Part shown: in pieces, positions 1-8,767 of the stretch
How the letters are laid out: every line of letters begins with the position of its first letter
How positions within the stretch are numbered: position 1 is the first letter of the stretch
From: an uncultured bacterium
GTDB lineage: Bacteria; Krumholzibacteriota; Krumholzibacteriia; WVZY01
Direction: 5' to 3'
Assembly: GCA_965372355.1 (NCBI GenBank)
Contig: CBDVBZ010000003.1
Span: 26,517 to 90,516, forward strand
DNA length: 64,000 nt
Made by a program: the position numbers and the translations under genes
The notes under the pieces: generated by a model
Seen by the model: only the letters and a program-made list of their open reading frames with translations
The model's database searches: none
Told to the model about the DNA's origin: nothing

Positions 1-427
1 TGGCGGGGCGATGCTCGAAGCGGCCGTCCAGGCCAAAGAGGAAGCCGGCAAGCAGACTCTCCTGGTTGGCGTGACCGTGCTGACGCATCTGACGTTCGAC
101 GATTTTCATTCTCTTTTCGCCACCGAACGCGCGCCACAGGACACGATGATCGCCCTGTCCGGGATAGCGGCAGCGTCAGGTCTCGATGGGGTCGTCGCCT
201 CCGCGCGGGAAGCCGCCCTGATCAAAAAACACCGGGGCGGTGACTTCGTGGTCGTTAGCCCCGGCATTCGGATGCCCGAGGGTTCAAAAGACGATCAGAC
301 GCGTGTTGTAACGCCGCGGCAGGCGATCGAGAATGGCTCGGATTATCTCGTGGTTGGGCGGCCCATCATCGCCAACGCAGACCCGGTTGGCGCATGTCAA
401 CGAATCCTGGATAATATGTTGCCGTAG
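1..427 (+). CDS. pyrF: Orotidine-5'-phosphate decarboxylase, 5' part outside window
   Basis: C-terminal OMPDC motifs GVTVLT, DGVVAS, VSPGIR, DDQTRVVTP, DYLVVGRPI. Confidence 0.93.
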   Translation, partial: GGAMLEAAVQAKEEAGKQTLLVGVTVLTHLTFDDFHSLFATERAPQDTMIALSGIAAASGLDGVVASAREAALIKKHRGGDFVVVSPGIRMPEGSKDDQTRVVTPRQAIENGSDYLVVGRPIIANADPVGACQRILDNMLP

Positions 428-470
428 TCGGCCGCTTTAGGCCAACCCCCGCGCAAGGAGACTGCTCCGA

Positions 471-1739
471 GTGAGTGCCACTGTTCTCGCCGGTTTGATT
501 TTCCTGGTGACGTACGCGGCGATTGTCGCCTTCAAGCAATACAAGAGCCAGATCCTGTGGGGTGGTGTCGCAGCCGCGTTGGCCGCAGGGCTCATTCATA
601 CACCCGATCTTCTTTTCGATGTCAACTGGAACGTGATGGGGATCTTCGCGGGCACGTTGATCCTGTCGGAGTACTTTGTCCTGTCCCGGGTGCCGGATGC
701 CATCTCGACATGGCTTATTCGACGGACGAACACGGTCGGATCGGCCTATCTGCTCGTCTGCATATTTGCCTCGGTTCTGTCTGTCTTTATCGAGAACGTG
801 GCAACCGTCCTGATCGTTGGACCTATCATGATCGGTCTATCCAGAAAGATCGGCATCTCGCCGGTTCCAGGAATGATCGGCATCGCGATATCCTCGAATC
901 TTCAGGGAACGGCCACGCTGATCGGTGACCCGCCGAGCATGATCCTCGCCAACTATATGCAGATGAACTTCAATGATTTCTTTGTATATCAGGGCAAACC
1001 GGGGATCTTCTTTGCCGTTCAGTTTGCTGCCGTTGGTTCGATGCTGTTCCTGTATTTCGCTTACAAGAAATACAAGAACCCCATCTCGTTCGAGGGCACG
1101 GTCAAGATCCGAAGCCTCGTGCCTTTGGTCTTTCTAATAGTGATGGTTCTGGCGCTCTCGCTCGCCGTTCTCGTCGACCCGGGTTTCAAATGGTTTGGAG
1201 GAGCGTCGTGCATGGTGCTGGCCGGGCTTTGCATTGTTTTTTCACGGTTCGCGAAGGAGAAGGAGCACGAGTGGGTCCTGAGACACTATGACATCGAAAC
1301 GACCGCATTTCTCGTGGGGATATTTATCATCGTCGGTATGCTCGAACATCAGGGGGTCATCCATGCCATCGCGGACTTCCTGGCTCACAACATAGGAGAC
1401 AACCCACTCATCGCCTTCAGTGTCGTCGTGTGGGCATCGGTGTTGTTCAGCGCATTCATCGACAACGTGCCCTATCTTACCGCGATGATTCCCGTCGTGC
1501 AGCTGCTCTCTGACTCACTTGGGATAAACGTCGAGCTGCTCGTGTTCGGTCTGCTGATCGGTGCCTCCCTCGGGGGCAACATCACACCGATTGGCGCCGC
1601 CGCCAACATCGTGGCGGTCGGCACTCTCAAAAAGCACGACATCCAGGTCTCGTTCATGGATTTTGTCCGGATCGGCCTGCCGTTTACGATCATAGCGACG
1701 TTGCTTGGGTCCATCTTTATTTATCTGGTGTGGAAGTGA
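471..1739 (+). CDS. ArsB/NhaD/SLC13-family ion transporter permease
   Basis: Many hydrophobic segments; twin motifs SVFIENVAT...SNLQGTATLIGDPPS and SAFIDNVP...GGNITPIGAAAN. Confidence 0.85.
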   Translation: MSATVLAGLIFLVTYAAIVAFKQYKSQILWGGVAAALAAGLIHTPDLLFDVNWNVMGIFAGTLILSEYFVLSRVPDAISTWLIRRTNTVGSAYLLVCIFASVLSVFIENVATVLIVGPIMIGLSRKIGISPVPGMIGIAISSNLQGTATLIGDPPSMILANYMQMNFNDFFVYQGKPGIFFAVQFAAVGSMLFLYFAYKKYKNPISFEGTVKIRSLVPLVFLIVMVLALSLAVLVDPGFKWFGGASCMVLAGLCIVFSRFAKEKEHEWVLRHYDIETTAFLVGIFIIVGMLEHQGVIHAIADFLAHNIGDNPLIAFSVVVWASVLFSAFIDNVPYLTAMIPVVQLLSDSLGINVELLVFGLLIGASLGGNITPIGAAANIVAVGTLKKHDIQVSFMDFVRIGLPFTIIATLLGSIFIYLVWK

Positions 1740-3505
1740 GGTCGCTCGTGAGGTTTTCCCCAGAGCGCCGTTGTTGTCTGGTCGTGATGTTGTTGCTGAC
1801 GACGGCCCTGGTCTGCTCGTGCAGCGATGATTCGTCGAGCCCGACCCAGCCGCCCGCCGACGGCTCGGTTGTGTGGCACGTCCAGCGCACGTCGCAAACG
1901 CATCAGGCGGTGTGGGGGGCGAACGGCGCCGACGTCTTCGTCGTCGGAAACACGGCGCCGATTCTGAACTTCGATGGCACCGGCTGGCGCGCCACGACCG
2001 TTGGCAGCTTACCCGTCCTGACCGATGTGTGGGGGTTTTCCTCGAACAACGTGTTTACGGTGGGGGAGTTCGGCACGATCCTCCACCACGACGGGTCGGG
2101 CTGGACATCGATGGAATCCGGTACAACACAGTTTCTTTTTGGTGTGTGGGGTAGTCCTCCGTCCGATGTGATTGCCGTCGGATCGTTTGGGACGATTCTT
2201 CGTTTCGGCGGGTCCGGATGGAGCGAGATGATCAGCGGGACCACGGAACTGCTGCTGGGGGTGTGGGCGGCCTCGCCGAACGATGTAATTGTTGTGGGGA
2301 CGAATGGCACGCGGCTCCGCTTCGACGGACTCAGCTGGAGTCCGATGCCGGGTCTGGTGACGGAGACGTTGTCGGCGGTCTGGGGTACTTCGGCTAGCAA
2401 TGTGTATGCGGTAGGCGATGGCGGGAGCATTCAACGATACAACGGTTTGGCGTGGAATCCCGTGTCGAGCGGCACGACGCAGCAGCTTATGAGTGTTTGG
2501 GGTAGTGCCGCGGACGATATCTACGCTGTGGGAGACTCGGGCACCGTCGTGCACTACAATGGATCGAGTTGGCAACCCGACAGCAGCGGAACAACGATGG
2601 ACCTGCTCGGCGTCCGCGGCACCTCGGCCGCGGATGTCATCGCCGTGGGTGCAACCGGAACGATGATCCGATTCGATGGCTCGGTCTGGCAGCCTGCGAT
2701 CAGCAGCGGTCCAGCGGGGTTCATTCTCGATATGTGGGGCGAATCGGACACACTTGTCATTGCCGTCGGTGAAGCCGGTTCCATTCTCCGCTACGACGGC
2801 CGGTTGTGGGTGCCGGCAGCCAGCGGGACCGCTGACCATCTGTGGGGTGTTTGGGGTGAGACGAGAAGCGACGTTTTTGCCGTTGGATCATCCGGTACGA
2901 TCCTTCATTTTGATGGCTCGGCGTGGAATCCGATGACGAGCGGCACGAGCCAGCAGCTCATGAGCGTTTGGGGAAACACGGGCCGCGACGTCTTTGCCGT
3001 CGGCGAGTCGGGAACGATCCGGCACTACAACGGGGTGGAGTGGAGCGCGATGCAGAGTGGCACCAGCGAGCGGCTTTTTGGGGTGTGGGGGAGCGGTCCA
3101 TCCAATGTGTTTGCCGTCGGCGAGTCGGGGACAATCCGGCACTACGATGGCGCGAGTTGGAGCCCGTCGGGCAGTGGGATCTCGTTCGCGTTGTTATCGG
3201 TCTGGGGAAGCGCCCCCAACGACGTTTTTGCAGTCGGGGCGGGTGGTAAGATCATCCACTACGACGGCGCGAGTTGGGTCGAGATGAACAGCGGGACGCA
3301 GCGCAGTCTCTGGGATGTTTGGGGTGGTGATCCCGGCCAGGTCTTCGCGGTCGGGGACGGTGGGACCATACAGCGGTTCGACGGTTCAACATGGCGGACA
3401 ACATTGAGCGGTACCGCGCTATCGCTACGCGCCGTGTGGGCGGTTCCCGATCGGGCATTCTCGGGAGGCGCGAGCGGTATCATCGTCGGCGCCGCCAGTC
3501 CGTAG
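1736..3505 (+). CDS. Lipoprotein of 14 ~39-aa VWG..D(V)FAVG..G.I.HYDG..W repeats (probable double 7-blade beta-propeller)
   Basis: Lipobox-like LVCSC; 14 countable repeats; GTG at 1736 overlaps the permease TGA (start uncertain, 1730-1748). Confidence 0.8.
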   Translation: MRSLVRFSPERRCCLVVMLLLTTALVCSCSDDSSSPTQPPADGSVVWHVQRTSQTHQAVWGANGADVFVVGNTAPILNFDGTGWRATTVGSLPVLTDVWGFSSNNVFTVGEFGTILHHDGSGWTSMESGTTQFLFGVWGSPPSDVIAVGSFGTILRFGGSGWSEMISGTTELLLGVWAASPNDVIVVGTNGTRLRFDGLSWSPMPGLVTETLSAVWGTSASNVYAVGDGGSIQRYNGLAWNPVSSGTTQQLMSVWGSAADDIYAVGDSGTVVHYNGSSWQPDSSGTTMDLLGVRGTSAADVIAVGATGTMIRFDGSVWQPAISSGPAGFILDMWGESDTLVIAVGEAGSILRYDGRLWVPAASGTADHLWGVWGETRSDVFAVGSSGTILHFDGSAWNPMTSGTSQQLMSVWGNTGRDVFAVGESGTIRHYNGVEWSAMQSGTSERLFGVWGSGPSNVFAVGESGTIRHYDGASWSPSGSGISFALLSVWGSAPNDVFAVGAGGKIIHYDGASWVEMNSGTQRSLWDVWGGDPGQVFAVGDGGTIQRFDGSTWRTTLSGTALSLRAVWAVPDRAFSGGASGIIVGAASP

Positions 3506-3804
3506 TCTTCGACCCCCCTCCGCTGCTCAACGGTCATTCCGCCGTGCAATATCGGCCGCCAGACCTGTGAGAAGCACATGTGTACACCCTTCCTCCTGGC
3601 CGGCTCTTCCGATGCAACTTGATAACAGATTGGAAGTAATAGAGTTACGCGACGCTTTGGGATTGCCGATCCCCGCTTGATTCCCGCCCGGTGTTGTCTC
3701 GAAACAGGCAAGCATCTTGCAGCGTTGCCCATCGACCCGGGCGGTCTCGCCGAGTCAGCAGAGGAGAGGACAAGGAACTCAGTGCATTGCAGCGGAGGAT
3801 CGGC

Positions 3805-4794
3805 TTGAAACACGCTCTGGTTTTGACATTGGCGGTGATCCTGGTCGTCGCGGCGGCGCCGCACGCCAACCCCGATACCGTTCAGACATGCAAGGCATGC
3901 GGCGGGGACATCAGCGGGCACTGCTTCGAAACGAAGGGCAACTTCTATCACCCACACCATTTCATATGCGCATACTGCGCGGCTCCCATCACGGGCCAGT
4001 ACACGACATACCGATCCGAGAACTATCACAACGACTGCTTCAAGGATCATATCGCGCGGCGATGCACGCTGTGTCGGCAGCCGATCGAAGGTGAGTACAT
4101 CGTTGACTACTGGGGAAACGCCTATCACAAGCGACACAGTAATGAAGTGCCGACCTGCGATTTCTGCGACCGCTTCCTTTCAGCCGAAACCCTGGAGGGG
4201 GGTGTCCGGTTCAGCGACGGTCGTTCGCTGTGCGGCATCTGTCACCGCTCTGCGGTCAAGAAACTTGGCCAGGCGAGGGCACTGATGAACCAGGTGGCTG
4301 CCCAGATGCGTCGTATCGGGATGGGCTTCGATACAGTCGATCTTCGGCTTCATTTGATCGGGCTAAGAAAAATGCAGGAGATCGCCAACTTCCGCTCTCA
4401 CGATCTCAGGGGATTCACCGACTACCACGAGGAACGAAACCTGTTCGGACGGACCCGCAAGCGTCAGATCGATGTCTACCTTCTCTTCGGAATGCCGAAG
4501 GTAGAAATGATCGGCACCATGGCGCACGAGCTGACCCACGTCTGGCAGTTCCTGAACGGTCGTCTGAATTCGGATCCCGCTCTGTCCGAGGGGAGCTGCA
4601 ACTTCGTATCCTATTGGATCTTGAAGCAGATGACCCCCGGCAGGGAGGCGGATTTCATCATCGAAAGCATGTTGCGCGACGACGACTTGATCTACGGCGA
4701 AGGGTTTCGCCGTGTCAAACGGTACGTCGAGCGCAACGGGATCTCAGGCTTGCTCACCCTCCTCTCGGAACAAGACCAACGGTTACCGGACTAG
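3805..4794 (+). CDS. LIM-domain / DA1-type zinc metallopeptidase with N-terminal hydrophobic signal
   Basis: TTG at 3805 with GGAGGA RBS; LIM pattern CKAC-x-HPHH-x-CAYC-x-HNDC, second LIM-like unit, AHELTH, EGSCN, IYGEGFR. Confidence 0.85.
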   Translation: MKHALVLTLAVILVVAAAPHANPDTVQTCKACGGDISGHCFETKGNFYHPHHFICAYCAAPITGQYTTYRSENYHNDCFKDHIARRCTLCRQPIEGEYIVDYWGNAYHKRHSNEVPTCDFCDRFLSAETLEGGVRFSDGRSLCGICHRSAVKKLGQARALMNQVAAQMRRIGMGFDTVDLRLHLIGLRKMQEIANFRSHDLRGFTDYHEERNLFGRTRKRQIDVYLLFGMPKVEMIGTMAHELTHVWQFLNGRLNSDPALSEGSCNFVSYWILKQMTPGREADFIIESMLRDDDLIYGEGFRRVKRYVERNGISGLLTLLSEQDQRLPD

Positions 4795-4809
4795 TTGTCT
4801 CGGCAGGCC

Positions 4810-4905
4810 GGCTGCGGGTCCTGCCTGCCCCCGGGAGGGGGTCGTCGATGACCCCACACGTGCTCGCAAAGCTCCGCTCTTGCGGGACGACGTCACCCCG
4901 CAGCC
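4810..4905 (-). repeat. Structured intergenic repeat, copy A (reverse orientation to B-D)
   Basis: 9-bp terminal IR GGCTGCGGG/CCCGCAGCC; near-identical to reverse complement of 10684-10782. Confidence 0.85.
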
Positions 4906-5091
4906 TACGCTGCGCTCGCTCCCCTCAGACGGTGCCAGAGAGTTGGGCACGGCGCGCGTTCCGCTGCTGCTCTGCCGTTCCGCAACTTCTTGTGAAATAA
5001 TAGAATAAACACTGTGGTCGTGGCTGGAGCGGTTTTTGCAGCAGGCGGGAGGATGACTCCAATTCTGCCACCGTCACAGAGTGAGGCGCCA

Positions 5092-6303
5092 ATGAATACC
5101 AATGCCCAACGTGTCATGGGTCGACTCGGAACCGCAATTCTCGTTCTGTTCCTCCTGGTCCCCGCCTGTTCGGGGCCCTCGGAGGTCGCCGAGGGAGTGA
5201 TTACCGTGGGCGCGCCGGAACCGCGCAATGCCACGACGGTTCAGGAACTATCGCAGCGCCTTATCTGGAGGACGACCGGAGCGACAGGGGATCTCGCCGG
5301 TTACGATGTCCATTTCGGCACGACCCCGGACCCTCCGCTGGTTGAAGAGAACTACCAGAAGATGTACTACGACACCGGAGACCTCATCGTCTCGAAGACC
5401 TATTTCTGGCGTGTCGTCGCGAAGAACACCGACGGCAACTCATTCCCCGGGGATGTCTGGGTCTTTTCGACGCGTGATGGTGTGTGGGGCGAGGAAAACA
5501 GCGGGACGACCCAGAACCTGTCCGCCGTATGGGCGATTACAGGGGATGATGCCTTCGCCGTGGGAACCGGTGGGGCGATTCAGCGATGGGATGGCACGTC
5601 GTGGACCGGGATGAACAGCGGGACTCCGCTCAATCTCTTTGGGGTATGGGCGTTGTCCGCGACCGAGGCCTACGCGGTTGGCAGCAGCGGCACAATCCGG
5701 CACTGGGACGGCGCCCGGTGGGATATCGAGTCCACCACCGCAGTGTCGCATTTTCGCGCCGTATGGGGCAGTGCCGCCGATGATGTGTTCGTTGTCGGCG
5801 ACAACGGCGCCGCCTGGCACTACGATGGTGATGATTGGGATCGCGAGATCACGGGGACCAGCCGACCGCTTCTCGCCATCCACGGGACATCTGAAGACAA
5901 CGTCTTCGCCGTGGGTACGTTTGGCACCGTTTTGAGATACGACGGTGAGGATTGGAGCGAGATGAACAGCGGGACATCGGCAAACCTCGCCGGTGTCTGG
6001 TGTATCTCTCCAAACAACGTCTTCGCCTGCGGCGCTTTCGGTGCGGTTATTCGATACGACGGAAACAGTTGGACTGAAATGGTTACGAATTCCGCCAACG
6101 GGTTGAACGCCATCTGGGGCAGCGCTCCGACAAACGTGCTCGCCGTGGGGCAGTTCGGATCCATCCTCCGTTTCAACGGAACCGAGTGGTACAGTATGGT
6201 CAGCAATACCGCCGTACCGCTCACCGGCGTGTCAGGAGCGGCACGGGGCGATGTCCATTCCTGCCGCCAGACCACGTCCAAAATCATGCGTTACCGTCCC
6301 TGA
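5092..6303 (+). CDS. Lipoprotein with Fn3-like domain and 7 VWG-type beta-propeller repeats
   Basis: ATG 5092 with GAGG RBS; lipobox VPAC; YDVHFG...YFWRVVAKN segment; 7 repeats paralogous to 1736-3505. Confidence 0.8.
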   Translation: MNTNAQRVMGRLGTAILVLFLLVPACSGPSEVAEGVITVGAPEPRNATTVQELSQRLIWRTTGATGDLAGYDVHFGTTPDPPLVEENYQKMYYDTGDLIVSKTYFWRVVAKNTDGNSFPGDVWVFSTRDGVWGEENSGTTQNLSAVWAITGDDAFAVGTGGAIQRWDGTSWTGMNSGTPLNLFGVWALSATEAYAVGSSGTIRHWDGARWDIESTTAVSHFRAVWGSAADDVFVVGDNGAAWHYDGDDWDREITGTSRPLLAIHGTSEDNVFAVGTFGTVLRYDGEDWSEMNSGTSANLAGVWCISPNNVFACGAFGAVIRYDGNSWTEMVTNSANGLNAIWGSAPTNVLAVGQFGSILRFNGTEWYSMVSNTAVPLTGVSGAARGDVHSCRQTTSKIMRYRP

Positions 6304-6364
6304 CCGGCGCCCCTCTCCAATTGCATACTTGATGGCCCAAACGAGGTTCGAGCATGACGAACCG

Positions 6365-6796
6365 TCACGCTTCCGTGCGTCCGTGCAGGGTCACGATGAG
6401 CCGTCTGGCCCGCGGCCGGTTGCGGTGTTCACAGAGATACACGCCCTGCCACGTGCCAAGATTAAGTCGACCCTCCGTGATCGGGAGCACGATGCTACTT
6501 CCCAGAAGTGACGCCTTGATGTGTGCGGGCATGTCATCCGGGCCTTCGGTCGTATGGATGTAGTACGGGGTGTTCTCGGGCACCATCTTGCTGAAATGTG
6601 ACTCCATATCGGTGCGCACCGAGGGATCGGCGTTCTCATTGACACTCAGCGAGGCGGAGGAGTGCAGGATAAAGACATGCGCGAGACCGACTCTGTACTC
6701 CCGGATCTCCGGGACCTGCCCCTCGATCTCGGATGTCACCAGATGAAAACCGCGTTTCTTCGGTGACAGCGTGATCTCTTTCTGAAACCAGTCCAT
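6365..6796 (-). CDS. yjbQ: YjbQ/UPF0047 family (secondary thiamine-phosphate synthase-like)
   Basis: HSSASLSVNENADP, EGPDDMPAHIK, LGTWQGVYLCEHR. Confidence 0.92.
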   Translation of the reverse strand: MDWFQKEITLSPKKRGFHLVTSEIEGQVPEIREYRVGLAHVFILHSSASLSVNENADPSVRTDMESHFSKMVPENTPYYIHTTEGPDDMPAHIKASLLGSSIVLPITEGRLNLGTWQGVYLCEHRNRPRARRLIVTLHGRTEA

Positions 6797-6826
6797 GTTT
6801 TCCTCCGTTTCGATCGACGCCCGCGT

Positions 6827-7660
6827 TCAGCTGGCACTCCCACGGCCAGCGAAGGCCACGATATGCCCCCCCCAGTATGTCAGCCGGTAGACGCCGTTGG
6901 ACATCCGGTCGATCAGGCTCTTGTTGCCCCACTGCTTTGCGGGAGACGTGATGCTGATGACCGTCAGTCCGGCCGAGCGGAGCGTGCGTTCCAGTGTCGC
7001 AGGGGTGAAGAACCAGAAATGATGTCCCGTTGAGTAGTGTTTCCACGGGTTTTTCTTTAACCCCAGCCGGCTCTGTGCGTTCTTCATACGCGAAGAGAGG
7101 CTTGCCACATTGGGCACCTCGATCCGTACGATGCCCCGCGGGCTCAACAGCTCGGCGATCCGTTCGAGCGTCGTGCGTGGGTTCTTTACATGCTCGAGCA
7201 CATGATTGAGGACGATGGCATCATAGGTGCCTTCGGAGAGGGGGATGTCCTCGATGACCCCTTGATGCACGGTGATCTCGGAATGGTCTCGAACATGCCG
7301 GACCATGGCCGATGAGATCTCGGTTCCCTCCGCTTCCCACCCCCGGCCCGCGGCTGTTTTGAGGAGGGTCCCTTCCCCGGCGCCAATATCCAGGAGCTTC
7401 CCCTTACGCTCCAGCACCGATTCGATTTCCGTCAAGAGCTCGGCGAATATCCTCTCGCGCCTCTCGCTCGTGGCGATGGCCGGTGAGAAGTACTCGTGGG
7501 AATAGATGTCCTCATCCGCTTCCTGATACGCCGGGTACTCCTCGGCGAACTGGAGCTTGCAGCTGCGGCAGGCAACCACGCGCACGCCCGGCCGGAGTGC
7601 AAAGACGAGCCGGACCGGAGCGCTCGGACAATTGGGGCATGTCTGTTTCTCGGTCATCAT
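6827..7660 (-). CDS. Class I SAM-dependent methyltransferase with N-terminal Zn ribbon
   Basis: CPNC..CRSC; LLDIGAGEG motif I; NHVLEHV; EVPN; glycan O-methyltransferase-like. Confidence 0.88.
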   Translation of the reverse strand: MMTEKQTCPNCPSAPVRLVFALRPGVRVVACRSCKLQFAEEYPAYQEADEDIYSHEYFSPAIATSERRERIFAELLTEIESVLERKGKLLDIGAGEGTLLKTAAGRGWEAEGTEISSAMVRHVRDHSEITVHQGVIEDIPLSEGTYDAIVLNHVLEHVKNPRTTLERIAELLSPRGIVRIEVPNVASLSSRMKNAQSRLGLKKNPWKHYSTGHHFWFFTPATLERTLRSAGLTVISITSPAKQWGNKSLIDRMSNGVYRLTYWGGHIVAFAGRGSAS

Positions 7661-7812
7661 ATGTGGTGTGGACTGAAGTGATTCGTGTGATCATCGTAGC
7701 AGGGACGGTGACGCAAGTCAAAGTGCCGCCAGTGGATTCGACGTCCGCGGGTTGAGGCGGCACGCTCGTCAAGCGGCGTTCCGGCGATCGATCCACCCGT
7801 CTTTGCCGGTAT

Positions 7813-8049
7813 GTGCTATCGTTGATCAAACGACGACGCCCGCGCGTCTTCGCGACGGGCCTCAGCAAGAGACTCACGGGGCACTTCACGGCACCGAGTG
7901 GTACGATCTGCCGTTCCGGGCGAACCATCGTGTTCGACGCCGAGGGTGGGCGCACGTACCGGGTCGAGGGCGTCGAGTGGGATGACACGATCTATATCTG
8001 GATCGAAGACACATACACCCGCGAGATCGTGGGTGGCGAGAAGCCCTGA
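7813..8049 (+). CDS. Small hypothetical protein or gene remnant
   Basis: GC3-rich codons in the last two thirds; no clear RBS or family. Confidence 0.35.
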   Translation: MLSLIKRRRPRVFATGLSKRLTGHFTAPSGTICRSGRTIVFDAEGGRTYRVEGVEWDDTIYIWIEDTYTREIVGGEKP

Positions 8050-8180
8050 AAGCGAGCTACTGAGCGCATCCTGTATCAGTTGGGAAGTTCTTAATCACTC
8101 AACCGGCAACTTTTGACCTGCGGTAGCGTATTTCAATCAGAGAGGGCATTCACTATCCAGCGGACACGAGGAGGCAGGAA

Positions 8181-8531
8181 GTGAAGCTGTCAAAGAGGGA
8201 AATGGAAGGAGCGGTCATTGTCGACGTCGAAGGAAAGTTTGTCGGCAGCCTGGAGAACACGGATATGTTCCACGGTTTCTTCAAAGAGCTCCTGAACGAA
8301 GGCTGGAAGAAGGTTGTGGTCAACCTGGACGGGTCGCCCTGGGCGAACAGCCAGGGGATCGGCATGCTGATCGGCGCGCACACGAGCTTTGCGAACGCCG
8401 GTGGAGAGCTGGTTCTGGCCCGCGTGACCGAACGCATTTACGATATTCTCACCGTGACGCGTCTTCTGCTCATCTTCAAGACTTTCGAGACCGAGGATGA
8501 AGCGCTCGCCCACCTGTCGGCGAGCGACTAG
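8181..8531 (+). CDS. STAS-domain anti-sigma factor antagonist
   Basis: GAGGAGG RBS; VVVNLDGSPWANSQGIGML, LTVTRLLLIF..FETEDEA. Confidence 0.88.
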   Translation: MKLSKREMEGAVIVDVEGKFVGSLENTDMFHGFFKELLNEGWKKVVVNLDGSPWANSQGIGMLIGAHTSFANAGGELVLARVTERIYDILTVTRLLLIFKTFETEDEALAHLSASD

Positions 8532-8703
8532 CACATCGCCGGACACTCGAGGTCGCTCCGCCGCCACGGTCACAACTTCCGGTTATCTGACGAGTAGCCG
8601 AGTGGTTACCCATTGACCGCCGCCGGGGTGGGCGGCCAGGTCAACTGGAGATCACGCCGTCGGCGCACATCGATGGCTCCACGCGCCCAAACCCCGAAAC
8701 TTA

Positions 8704-8732
8704 TTGACCTTACTTATACTATAACCTAGTGT
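8704..8732 (+). promoter_or_regulatory. Putative sigma70 promoter of the polysaccharide cluster
   Basis: TTGACC-N17-TAGTGT in an AT-rich patch upstream of 8768. Confidence 0.45.
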
Positions 8733-8767
8733 AATACAGTGGGTATCGAGCGTTCGAAAGGAGCCGT

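Noticed and set aside
3506-3804. ncRNA or cobalamin riboswitch in the 300-bp spacer
   Set aside because: Only scattered short similarities, no complete B12-box or SRP/6S structure; an Rfam scan would be needed
3805-4794. Eukaryotic contamination or recent HGT explaining the LIM gene
   Set aside because: Bacterial RBS and TTG start, no introns, codon style like neighbours, flanked by bacterial lipoprotein genes
8613-8644. GC hairpin after the STAS gene as a terminator or sRNA
   Set aside because: Hairpin is real (TTGACC-GCCGCC/GGCGGC-CA-GGTCAA) but has no U-tract, no second copy and no other support
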